Origin: an uncultured delta proteobacterium
Lineage (GTDB): Bacteria; Myxococcota; Myxococcia; Myxococcales; Myxococcaceae
Reading direction: 5' to 3'
Length of the DNA: 64,000 bases
Assembly (NCBI GenBank): GCA_963776345.1
Contig: CAVZMH010000009.1
Coordinates: forward strand, 8,979-72,978
In this document: piece by piece, positions 1 through 8,806 of the stretch
Layout of the letters: each line of letters opens with the position of its first letter
Position numbering within the stretch: the stretch's first letter is position 1
Notes under the pieces: generated by a model
Databases searched by the model: none
What the model saw: only the letters and a program-made list of their open reading frames with translations
What the model was told of the DNA's origin: nothing
Translations under genes and position numbers: made by a program

Positions 1-41
1 AGCGGCACGAGCGCCGCGAAGAGTGCCACCGCGCGCGTCAC
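1..41 (-). CDS. 5' end of a probable exported protein running off the window edge
   Basis: GTG overlaps the stop of the anti-sigma gene (GTGA); reads MTRAVALFAALVP, like a signal peptide. Confidence 0.4.
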   Translation of the reverse strand, partial: MTRAVALFAALVP

Positions 42-541
42 GGCCGGACCTGGGCCTCCACCACCCGGTGCGCGGCGAGACGGCGGACCCCCAGCGTCGA
101 GACGACGACCAGGCCGGCCATGGTGACCACCATCGGCACGGCAGCGGTGCTCCAGATGGCCGCCAGTGCCTCGGAGAGGCCGAAGAAGACGTTCCGCCAC
201 ACCACCACCGCGGAGGCGGCCCGGGTCCCGAGGAGCCCGAGGTTCCCGTGCGTGGCGACGAAGGCAAGCGTCGCCCCCATCAGGGTGACGGCGAGGATGG
301 ACAGGCCGGTGCGCAGCTCGACCCGGGCCGGAGCCGGCTCGAGGGCCACCCGGGCCATGACGCCCTGGACGAAGTCCCGGGGCGGGAGCGGGTCCACCAG
401 ACGGGTGAGGTCCTTCTCCAGCTGGCGGTGCTCCTCGGCGAGGAAGGCGCAGTCCGGGCAGCCGCGGAGGTGGGCGAGGGCGTCCGCGTCGTGCTCCGCC
501 GCGGCGAGCAGCAGGGTCTCGAGCTCGGGGCAGGCGTTCAC
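38..541 (-). CDS. Zinc-binding (ZAS-type) membrane anti-sigma factor
   Basis: HLRGCPDC (HxxxCxxC) motif near the N-terminus, C-terminal hydrophobic helices, 4-bp overlap with the ECF sigma gene. Confidence 0.75.
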   Translation of the reverse strand: MNACPELETLLLAAAEHDADALAHLRGCPDCAFLAEEHRQLEKDLTRLVDPLPPRDFVQGVMARVALEPAPARVELRTGLSILAVTLMGATLAFVATHGNLGLLGTRAASAVVVWRNVFFGLSEALAAIWSTAAVPMVVTMAGLVVVSTLGVRRLAAHRVVEAQVRP

Positions 542-1158
542 TGGGCGTCCTCCGTCTTCATCTGCCGGCGCAGCTTCTCACGCGCGCGGAACAGGCGGGC
601 CATGATGGTGCCCGGGGCCACGCCCATCACCTGGGCGATCTCCTTCGTGGTGCGCTTCTGGACGTAATAGAGCGCGAGCACCTCGCGGTCGTCCGTCCCC
701 AGCGTGGCCATCGCGACCTCGAGGCTCCGGTGCTCCTCGGCGGCGATGACGCCCTCCTCCTGGCTCCTCTCGCCGGAGGGGAGCGACTCGTGCATCTCGT
801 CCACGTCCTGGGTGTGCACCCTGGAGCGGCGCCGGAGCAGGTCGAGGCAGAGGTTCCGGGCGATCGCCAGCACCCACAGGTCGAAGGGCTTCGACTCGTC
901 GTACCGGCCGAGGTGCTGGTAGGCGCGGAGGAAGGTCTCCTGGGCCACCTCGGCGGCCTCGGCCTCCGTCCGGAGCAGCCGCAGGCAGAGGCCGTAGACC
1001 GAGCGCTGGACGCTGCGGACCAGGGCCTCGAACGCGGACCGGTCTCCGCGGCGCGCGGCGTGCACCTCGGCGCGGTACGGCACGGTCTCGGTCGGCTCGG
1101 CCAGGATCGACCCCAGCGCCGCCGGGGAAGGAAGCCACGAGGAGAGCAGGGTGGTCAC
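538..1158 (-). CDS. ECF (sigma-70 family) RNA polymerase sigma factor
   Basis: Region 2 (EVAQETFLRAY...WVLAIARNLCLDLLR) and region 4 HTH (KEIAQVMGVAPGTIMARLFRAR). Confidence 0.93.
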   Translation of the reverse strand: MTTLLSSWLPSPAALGSILAEPTETVPYRAEVHAARRGDRSAFEALVRSVQRSVYGLCLRLLRTEAEAAEVAQETFLRAYQHLGRYDESKPFDLWVLAIARNLCLDLLRRRSRVHTQDVDEMHESLPSGERSQEEGVIAAEEHRSLEVAMATLGTDDREVLALYYVQKRTTKEIAQVMGVAPGTIMARLFRAREKLRRQMKTEDAQ

Positions 1159-1260
1159 GCCAACCCATACGCCCGTACTCCCAGGGCGATTGCCCCCGTC
1201 CTCTCGCGAATTGGCGGCATCCTCCGGATCGGGTGGGGCCCGGCCCGGAGGCGGGGCACT

Positions 1261-2784
1261 CTAGCGCAGCTTCTGACGTTCCCGGGCGGCCGCCTTGGCC
1301 TCTTTTCGCGCCCTTGCGAGGGCCCGGTAACCCACCCGCTCCCCGCCCACCCCCGCGGGAGGCGGGGCGGACCGGGGTGTCCCAGACCGAGGCCTCGGAG
1401 AGCTCGTCCGGGGAGCTCCAGCGGCCTGGGCGCGGTCGTCGGCCGGGCGAGGTGTCGGAGGCCTCGTCCGGGAGGCGCCGGTGGCCGGGTCCTCACGCCT
1501 GGCCCGGGGTGCGGATCGCGGGCTCGGAGCGCTCGATCGGACCTCCACGGGCTCCGCATCGGGCGCGAGCCGGCCGCCGGGCGTGGCGCGGATCTCCTCT
1601 GCGGTGTCCTCGCGGGCGGTCTTGTGGAACAGCCGCTTGATGACCAGGGTCGCGTAGCTCCCGGGGGGCAGGGTAAACGCCACGTTGAGCTTCGCGTGAC
1701 CGCGGTTCAGCTCGTCGGCCTCCGTCCGGCCGAGCACCAGCTTGCTCGGCTGGACGAGGAGCGGCCTCTCCTCGTGCTTGAAGTAGAGCATCCGCTCGGC
1801 CCCGGCGATGCGGAGCTGGTCGAGCCGGAGCTTCTCCTTCCCCAGCACCCACTCCACAGCCTCACGGATCCGCGGCTCCTCGAGCGGGGTGTCCGGCCCC
1901 AGGAGCGGGAAGGTGAGCCCCCGGAACCAGCGGAGCGTCTCGGGGTCGGCGTCCTGGTGGAAGAGCAAGGTCCCCGCCTGGTAGCGCAGGGGGAAGAGCG
2001 AGGTGCGCGGGAGCACCAGCTGGAGCAGCCGCCGGACGCCCTCGTTCCAGAGCCAGCTCTGGTAGGTGAAGAGAAGCAGCGCCCGGTACGAGCTGTCGAT
2101 CTGGAGGAACGCCCGGAGGTAGTCCTCGGGCTTCTCCTTGAGCGAGCGAAGCACCCGGTCGTAGCGGTGGGCTGCCTCGTACGGCACCCGCCGGGTCCAG
2201 TCGCCCCAGTTCCGGCGCCAGAACTCCTTGACCTTCGCGTCGTCGGAGCGGTCGAGCGGCGACGGCTTCGCCAGGTAGTTGCGCAGCGCGGCCTCGAAGT
2301 CGCCCCGGATCAGGTCCTTGGCGATGAAGCCCTGGCCGTGCTTCAGCGAGCCGAAGCGCTGGCTGTCGAAGTAGTTCACCACCCCCAGCCGGTTCACCTC
2401 GGCCGCCGCCCTCGGCAGCTCCGAGAGGTCCTCGTCGGTCAGCGCCCGGACCGTGACGCTGAAACGGTTGGAGGTGGTGTTCTCCGCCGACAGAGGCCGA
2501 CCTGTACGCCCCAGGGGCTTGAGCCGGAGGTCCGGGTCCTGGAGGTCCACCTCGGCGCCGTCCACCGCGATGAGCTGCTCGGTCCGCCCCTGCTTGTCCT
2601 TGAGGCCGCAGAAGGAGATGGCGCCGGGGCGGAGCCCGAACCGGGTCCGGATGCGCTCCACCGCCTCGAAGGTGGACAGCTTCTGCTTGTCCATGAGGTA
2701 GACCCGGTACCGCCCGTCCGGGACGGGGTCGAAGCGGTAGGACTCCCGGACACTGAAGTCCTCGGGTCGTTGCTTGATGCGCAC
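1261..2784 (-). CDS. truD: tRNA pseudouridine(13) synthase TruD with low-complexity C-terminal tail
   Basis: IKQRPEDFSVRE N-terminus, GLKDK catalytic motif, NYFDSQRFG, FTLPPGSYAT; start reassigned to GTG at 2784. Confidence 0.92.
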   Translation of the reverse strand: MRIKQRPEDFSVRESYRFDPVPDGRYRVYLMDKQKLSTFEAVERIRTRFGLRPGAISFCGLKDKQGRTEQLIAVDGAEVDLQDPDLRLKPLGRTGRPLSAENTTSNRFSVTVRALTDEDLSELPRAAAEVNRLGVVNYFDSQRFGSLKHGQGFIAKDLIRGDFEAALRNYLAKPSPLDRSDDAKVKEFWRRNWGDWTRRVPYEAAHRYDRVLRSLKEKPEDYLRAFLQIDSSYRALLLFTYQSWLWNEGVRRLLQLVLPRTSLFPLRYQAGTLLFHQDADPETLRWFRGLTFPLLGPDTPLEEPRIREAVEWVLGKEKLRLDQLRIAGAERMLYFKHEERPLLVQPSKLVLGRTEADELNRGHAKLNVAFTLPPGSYATLVIKRLFHKTAREDTAEEIRATPGGRLAPDAEPVEVRSSAPSPRSAPRARREDPATGASRTRPPTPRPADDRAQAAGAPRTSSPRPRSGTPRSAPPPAGVGGERVGYRALARARKEAKAAARERQKLR

Positions 2785-2818
2785 GGGGGCAAGCCTTGTA
2801 ACATCGGCCGACGGTCCG

Positions 2819-4549
2819 ATGCTCAGCGCCTGCCCACGCTGTCGAACGCCGCTCGCCCAGCCCAACCCTCCCCGGTGCCCGGCGTGCGGCGAGTCGCTCA
2901 CCACGACGTCGGTGCCCTCGGTGCGCACCAGCCCCCGGGGCCCGTACCTCACCGGCCGGCTCCTGGACGGGAAGCTCAGCGAGTTCCCGCTCGGGCCCCG
3001 GACGACGCTGGGACGTCATCCGGCGAACACCCTCCGGCTCGCCGACCGCGAGGTGTCCAAGGAGCACGCCGCCATCGAGCGGGCGGGCAACGGCTTCGTC
3101 ATCAAGGACCTCGGAAGCTCGAACGGCACCTACGTCAACGGCCGGCGCGTCCGCGAGCTGCGCCTGAAGGACGGAGACGAGATCGCGCTCGGCAACAGCC
3201 GCATCGTCTTCCACTCGGGCGACGTGCTCACCAGCACCGGGAGCCCCGGGGTGACGGTGCTCGCCTCGGCGCAGGCGGCCCCCGCCTTCCTGGCCCAGCT
3301 GGACCAGCCGGCGGTGGAGGAGACCGAGTTCCGCCCGGCGGACCAGCTCAAGGACGCCGGCGCGCTCCGGCAGGACTACGAGAAGCTGCGCATCGCGCAC
3401 GAGTTCCACCGCCAGGTGGGGCTGGAGCGCGATCAGAAGAGCCTCCTGGACAAGATCCTCGCGGTGAGCTTCCAGCTGCTCGCCGCGGACCACGGGGTCA
3501 TCTTCCTGGTCAACGACTCGGGCGAGCTGGTGGCCCAGGCGGTGCACCACCGGACGGGGAGCGACGAGGAGGTGGTGCTCTCCGACACGGTGCTCAAGCG
3601 GGTGCTGGAGACCCGGCAGGCGGTGCTGACCGCCGACGCCATCCTCGACAGCAGGTTCAGCGGGAGCGAGAGCATCGTCGCCCAGGGCATCCGGAGCGCC
3701 ATGGCCGTGCCGCTGCTGGCCAAGGGCGAGCTGAAGGGGGTGCTGTTCCTCGACACCCGCGAGAGGACCAACGCCTTCAGCGAGAAGGACCTCAAGATCC
3801 TCTCCGGCATCGCCTCGCAGGCGGCCATCGCGCTGGAGAACGCCGACCTGGCCCAGAAGATCGAGACCGAGGCGGTCACCCGGGCCGAGCTGTCGCGGTT
3901 CCTCTCTCCGGCGGTCGCGGACATGGTGGTCAAGGGCCAGGTGGAGCTGCTCCGGCAGGGCCGCCTTGCCGAGGTGAGCGTGCTCTTCGCGGACATCCGC
4001 GGCTTCACCTCCATCGCCGAGGGGGAGAGCCCCCAGGAGACGGTGTCGATGCTGAACTCCTTCTTCTCGGCGATGGCCGAGGTGGTGTTCCGGCACGAGG
4101 GGAACCTGGACAAGTTCATCGGCGACTGCGTGATGGCGGTGTGGGGCCCGCCCTCGCCGCACGAGGACGACCCGGCCCGGGCGCTCCGTGCGGCGCTGGA
4201 GATGCAGAGCGCGGTCGAGGCGCTGAACGAGGCCCGCGAGGCGAACGGGCAGACGCGCATCGAGATCGGCATCGGGGTGAACACCGGCCAGGCGGTCGTC
4301 GGCTACATGGGCTCGGCGGACCGGCACGAGTTCACCGCCATCGGTGACTGCGTGAACACCGCGTCGCGACTCTGCAACGTCGCGAAGGGAAACGAGGTCC
4401 TCGCCGCCGACACCACGGTCTCGAAGGCTGGGGCCGGGTTCCACGCCGAGGCGCTGCCGCTGGCCCACGTGAGGGGCAAGGAGCGGGCTGTGCAGACCTT
4501 CCGGGTCGTGGGAATCGACGAGCCGACGTCGACCGGAACCTCCGGCTGA
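2819..4549 (+). CDS. Zinc ribbon-FHA-GAF-class III adenylate cyclase
   Basis: CPRC/CPAC, FHA (LGR...SKEHA...DLGSSNGTYVNG), GAF (IRSAMAVPL), cyclase motifs FADIRGFT, DKFIGD, FTAIGDCVNTASRL. Confidence 0.92.
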   Translation: MLSACPRCRTPLAQPNPPRCPACGESLTTTSVPSVRTSPRGPYLTGRLLDGKLSEFPLGPRTTLGRHPANTLRLADREVSKEHAAIERAGNGFVIKDLGSSNGTYVNGRRVRELRLKDGDEIALGNSRIVFHSGDVLTSTGSPGVTVLASAQAAPAFLAQLDQPAVEETEFRPADQLKDAGALRQDYEKLRIAHEFHRQVGLERDQKSLLDKILAVSFQLLAADHGVIFLVNDSGELVAQAVHHRTGSDEEVVLSDTVLKRVLETRQAVLTADAILDSRFSGSESIVAQGIRSAMAVPLLAKGELKGVLFLDTRERTNAFSEKDLKILSGIASQAAIALENADLAQKIETEAVTRAELSRFLSPAVADMVVKGQVELLRQGRLAEVSVLFADIRGFTSIAEGESPQETVSMLNSFFSAMAEVVFRHEGNLDKFIGDCVMAVWGPPSPHEDDPARALRAALEMQSAVEALNEAREANGQTRIEIGIGVNTGQAVVGYMGSADRHEFTAIGDCVNTASRLCNVAKGNEVLAADTTVSKAGAGFHAEALPLAHVRGKERAVQTFRVVGIDEPTSTGTSG

Positions 4550-4660
4550 CGCGTCGCCGAAGACCTGGGCCAGCGGAGAGGTGGGGCGCTGGACGGACGG
4601 CGACGGACCTGGACGGATCCGCAGGCTGGCGTCCGCCCGGCACGGCCGGGTGAGGCTCGC

Positions 4661-5659
4661 CTAGCGCTCGGACGAGGTGCGCCCCGGCGACTCGGTGCGC
4701 GCGCCGCCCTCGCCGCCCTGGGCCATCTCCCGGAGGGCGCGCTCGACCTCTAGGCGGCTCTCGGCTGGAGGCAGCGCGGCGAGCTGGGCGAGCGACCGCG
4801 TCTTCCCGAGCGCCTCGGCGATGCGCCAGCCGATGAGGTACCCGCTGCGCGCGGGCACCTCGGCCGGCTCCGTCGACCCGAAGAAGAACTGCCTGTAGGC
4901 CGGTCCGCCGGACGGATCGTCCAGGTGGGCGAGCAGTCTCCGGCTCAGCTCCGGGATCCGCGGGGTCGCCTGCGCGACGAGCGCGTCCGGGACGCTGATC
5001 TCGTCCTGCGTCGCCCCGGGGTTGAGCGCCGCGCTCACGTACGTCGCCAGCCCTTCTTCCCAGAGCGCCGCGGCCACGGTCTCGGGCGCGTCCGGGTGCA
5101 GGTTCGCGTGGTGCACGTGGAAGAGCTCGTGCTCCAGGAACGGCCGGAGATTGAAGCCCCGCGGGCGGATGGCGGCGATGACGTCCGGGCCGAAGAGGAG
5201 CCTCTCCACGCCCTCGACGTCACGCGTCCCTCCGTCGAAGGAGCCCAGCGAGCAGACCAGCGCCACCGGTCGCCGGGAGGTGAACCCGGGGAAGGTCTTC
5301 CGGAACTGGACCGCGGCGTCCTGGAGGTCGGCCTCCAGGGTCCGGCGCACCTCGTCCACCCGCGCAGGCTCGGGCCGGAACCGGACAGCCTTCCTCAGCC
5401 GCTCGGGGACGCTCGCCGACAGCGGCTCGGTCATCCCGAGGACCTTCGAGCTGTAGAGCGTGGGGTGCGGCGCCCGGAGGAGCTCCTCGAAGGCCCGGGC
5501 CTGCTGCTCGGGGCTCGCCCCGGGGACCCGCCGCCAGAACTCGGCGCAGCCCTCGGCGGCGTCGATGACCCGGAGCCCCTCGGCCCCGGCGTCCGGCGCG
5601 GCGACGGCGAGGCCCGCCGCCAGGGAGACGACGGCGGCGACGAGGCGAGGAGCGTTCAT
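4661..5659 (-). CDS. Secreted putative Zn-dependent protease (DUF2268-like)
   Basis: Signal peptide, HELFH (HExxH), downstream EEGLA, C-terminal GYLIG. Confidence 0.7.
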   Translation of the reverse strand: MNAPRLVAAVVSLAAGLAVAAPDAGAEGLRVIDAAEGCAEFWRRVPGASPEQQARAFEELLRAPHPTLYSSKVLGMTEPLSASVPERLRKAVRFRPEPARVDEVRRTLEADLQDAAVQFRKTFPGFTSRRPVALVCSLGSFDGGTRDVEGVERLLFGPDVIAAIRPRGFNLRPFLEHELFHVHHANLHPDAPETVAAALWEEGLATYVSAALNPGATQDEISVPDALVAQATPRIPELSRRLLAHLDDPSGGPAYRQFFFGSTEPAEVPARSGYLIGWRIAEALGKTRSLAQLAALPPAESRLEVERALREMAQGGEGGARTESPGRTSSER

Positions 5660-5707
5660 GGCCAGCCGACGTTCGAGTCGCGGACCGATTTCGACGACGC
5701 CTGGGGG

Positions 5708-6799
5708 TCAGATGTACTGCGCGGGGCTGCCGGGGTGGGCGACCTTGTACCTCCGGAAGCGCTCACAGAGCGGCAGAAGCAGGGCGATGACCACCGCCGC
5801 GGCGAGATAGGTCGCCGCGAGGCTGCCTCGGTGCAGGAGCCCCATCGCCCACGCCCCGAGCCGGAGCAGGTGCGCGTGGAGCAGGTAGAAGAAGAAGGCG
5901 CTCTGGCCGAGGACGGTCAGCGGCGCTCCGACCCATCTGGGGAGCGCGGAGGTCCACAGCGCCGCGAGCAACAGCCAGGCGATGCCGAGCTCGCAGGCCA
6001 GGTAGCTCAGGCTCGCCGGGTACTTCGCGGTGTGAAGCCACTGGATCAGCGTTCCGTCCTCGCGAAAGAGCCCCCCGTTGCCGTACCCGTTCAGGCCGCG
6101 GACCACGGCGAACACCAGGAGGGCGACGCCGCTGGCGAGCACCAGCCGCGCCGGGAAGGACTCCGGCTGCCGGCGGGCCATGTCGGCCGCCGCCCAGCCG
6201 AGCAGCATCACCGCCAGCCAGGGAACGAACGGGTACGGCACGGGGAATGGCCCCGCCTGCCCCGGGACGAGGGCGAGCAGCACCAGCACCCTGCCGAGCC
6301 CGTCGACCTGGGCGAGGGCGCTGGCGAGCGCCTCATGGAGGACGACGAGGAGCAGTCCCAGCGCCCCGCAGACCCGGGCCGGAAGGCGGCGCAGGAAGGC
6401 CAGCGCGACCATGCTGACCCCGATGGCATAGAGGACCTGGAGGACCAGCTCCCCGCGGTGGACGAAGACCATCCACAGCGGGTCGAGCGCCGCGATGAGC
6501 AACCCCCGGGTGGCGATGAACCGGCTGATGTCCGCCTCGGACGCCCCGTCGCGCTTGCGCCGCTGGACAGACATGTAGAGCGAGTAGCCGGAGAGGAAGA
6601 GGAAGGCCGGCGCGCAGAGGTGGGTGATCCAGCGGGTGAAGAACTGCGCGACCGGCAGCGCGGTCCCCGGCACCCAGCCCCGGGCGGAGTCCCCGAAGAG
6701 GCGCCCTGCGTTGAAGGCGGATGAGGAATGGTCGACTGTCATCAGGACCATCACCAGGCCGCGGAGCCAGTCGATCGGGAGCAGCCGGGACCGCTCCAT
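5708..6799 (-). CDS. Multi-pass membrane acyltransferase (heparan-alpha-glucosaminide N-acetyltransferase / DUF1624 family)
   Basis: IDWLRGLVMVLMTVDH, FFTRWITHLCAPAF, KYPASL, FFYLLH; ATG at 6799. Confidence 0.85.
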   Translation of the reverse strand: MERSRLLPIDWLRGLVMVLMTVDHSSSAFNAGRLFGDSARGWVPGTALPVAQFFTRWITHLCAPAFLFLSGYSLYMSVQRRKRDGASEADISRFIATRGLLIAALDPLWMVFVHRGELVLQVLYAIGVSMVALAFLRRLPARVCGALGLLLVVLHEALASALAQVDGLGRVLVLLALVPGQAGPFPVPYPFVPWLAVMLLGWAAADMARRQPESFPARLVLASGVALLVFAVVRGLNGYGNGGLFREDGTLIQWLHTAKYPASLSYLACELGIAWLLLAALWTSALPRWVGAPLTVLGQSAFFFYLLHAHLLRLGAWAMGLLHRGSLAATYLAAAVVIALLLPLCERFRRYKVAHPGSPAQYI

Positions 6800-7001
6800 C
6801 GGAACGGCGTGACCTGCAAGCACCACACGCGTCGAGACGTCCAAACAGACCTCCAGAGGTGTCCCTGGTGGAACCGGGACCCTTCCGCCGGTGCACGGCC
6901 AGGCGACCTGTTGCGTCCACGGAGACCCGGAGCTGTACCGGGAGCATCGGCGCCGGAACATCCCAGGTGCGCGGGTGGCGTGAGAGCCTCGGCTCCGGAG
7001 G

Positions 7002-8720
7002 TCAGCGGCCGCCGCGCGGCTTCCCGGGAAGGAACCGCCGCAGGCTGATCTTCCCGAACCGGTTCCCAAACAGGTACCAGGTGAACGCCGCGCCGAAGAG
7101 CGCCGCGGCCGCCGCCGTGCCCAGGATGCCGAGCACCGGGTACCCGCGCACTGTCCAGGGCACCTGCGAGAAGCTGATGAACGCGCCGACGATGAAGCCG
7201 CAGGCGCAGAAGCCGAGGAAGCTGATCACCGCCGCCGAGCGGAGGCTGGTGTTCACGTTCTCCAGGGCCGCCGAGCGGACGTGGACGCTGAACCGCCCCG
7301 TCTCGAGGTCGAGGAGGATCTGCGAGACCTGCGTCGGCAGGTCCGCGGCGAGCCCCTGGAAGCGGAGCAGCGCGCGCAGTAGTCCGCCCTGGATGTCGCC
7401 CAGGTCGTAGCGCCCCTTCAGTAACTCCTTGGCGTACGGCAGCGCGACGCCGAGGATGTCGAGCTCGGGCGAGAGCTGCCGGAGGATGCCCTCCATCGAG
7501 ATCGAGGCCCTGGAGAGCAGCGCGTACTCGCGTGGCACTCGCACCCGGTACTTCACCGCGAGGTCCAGGAGATCGCCGAGCAGGTGGCGCGCGTTCAGCT
7601 CGCCCAGCGTCCGCGGCAGGTGGCGTCCGAGCACCGCGTCGATGTCGCTCCGGAACGCGGCGATGTTCGCCCGGGCGTCGGGCGCGCCAATCCGGTACAG
7701 CAGCCGCGCGACCGACTCGGAGTCCTTGAGCGCCACCGCGACGATCAGGATGACCAGCTGCTCGCGCATCTGCCGCGTCAGCCGGCCCACCAGCCCGAAG
7801 TCGATGAGGCCGATGTCCCCGTCGGGCAGGAGGAGGAAGTTGCCCGGATGGGGATCGGCGTGGAACAGGCCGTCCTCGAAGAGCTGCCGGAAGGCGGTGT
7901 CCAGCACCGTGCGCGCCAGGGCCGCCCGCCGCTCAGGGTCGATCTCCGCCTCCAGCAGCCTCACCCCGCCGAAGTACTCGAGCGTCAGCACCGTCCCGCT
8001 GCTCAGCTCGTCGTGGACCTTGGGGATGCGGATGCCACGCCGCTCGCGGTGCGTCTCCTGGAAGGCGCGGACGTTCTCCGCCTCGTGGACGAAGTCCAGC
8101 TCCTCGCGAATGGCCCGGTCGAACTCCTCCACGATGCCCACCGGCGAGTAGATGCCGGTTTCCTCGACCACTGCCTCGAGCAGCCGGGCCAGCGCACGCA
8201 GCACCTGGAGGTCCGAGTGGATCTGCGCCTGAATGTCTGGCCGCTGCACCTTGACCACCACCTCCTCGCCGGCGTGCGTCGTCCCCCGGTGCACCTGGGC
8301 GATGCTCGCCGCGGCGAGCGGCTGCGGATCGATGCTGGCGAAGGCCTCCTCGGGCGAGCGGCCGAGGCCGGCCTGGATCTGCGCCCGCACGGCCTCGAGC
8401 GGGATGGGGGCCACGGAATCTTGAAGCTGCCGGAGCTCGGTCACCAGCTCGCCGGGGAGCAGGTCCGCGCGGGTGGAGAGCACCTGCCCGAGCTTCACGA
8501 ACGTCGGCCCGAGCTCCTCGAGCATTCGTCGGAAGCGCCGCGCCACGCTCGCCGCCCGGGTCTCCGGCGCCTGCTCCACCGGCTCGCGGCGGCCGATCAG
8601 CCGGAACACCCCGGCGCGGTCGAACAGATCGGCGAAGCCGTACTTCGCGGCGATGGTGGCGATCTGTCGGAGGCGGTTGAGATCCTGGAAGTTCAAGGGG
8701 TCAGCCCAGGGTGCTACCAC
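7002..8720 (-). CDS. AarF/ABC1/UbiB-family atypical kinase
   Basis: LGPTFVKLGQ, AAASIAQVH, KVQRP, HADPHPGN, DFG; two C-terminal TM helices; start uncertain (8720-8798). Confidence 0.92.
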   Translation of the reverse strand: MVAPWADPLNFQDLNRLRQIATIAAKYGFADLFDRAGVFRLIGRREPVEQAPETRAASVARRFRRMLEELGPTFVKLGQVLSTRADLLPGELVTELRQLQDSVAPIPLEAVRAQIQAGLGRSPEEAFASIDPQPLAAASIAQVHRGTTHAGEEVVVKVQRPDIQAQIHSDLQVLRALARLLEAVVEETGIYSPVGIVEEFDRAIREELDFVHEAENVRAFQETHRERRGIRIPKVHDELSSGTVLTLEYFGGVRLLEAEIDPERRAALARTVLDTAFRQLFEDGLFHADPHPGNFLLLPDGDIGLIDFGLVGRLTRQMREQLVILIVAVALKDSESVARLLYRIGAPDARANIAAFRSDIDAVLGRHLPRTLGELNARHLLGDLLDLAVKYRVRVPREYALLSRASISMEGILRQLSPELDILGVALPYAKELLKGRYDLGDIQGGLLRALLRFQGLAADLPTQVSQILLDLETGRFSVHVRSAALENVNTSLRSAAVISFLGFCACGFIVGAFISFSQVPWTVRGYPVLGILGTAAAAALFGAAFTWYLFGNRFGKISLRRFLPGKPRGGR

Positions 8721-8806
8721 CGGAGCCCCCCGGGAGTCGTGGGGCACACCCCGAGGCGAGGCGGCGGGCATTGGAGCGGAGCGCAGCGGCGACAGCACGG
8801 TCCGTC

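Noticed and set aside
730..4347. 1205-aa ORF and similar long shadow ORFs (28955-32623, 13237-16179, 5' part of 39717-43835)
   Set aside because: Arg/Pro/Gly-rich, no motifs, and overlapping well-supported genes in other frames or strands.
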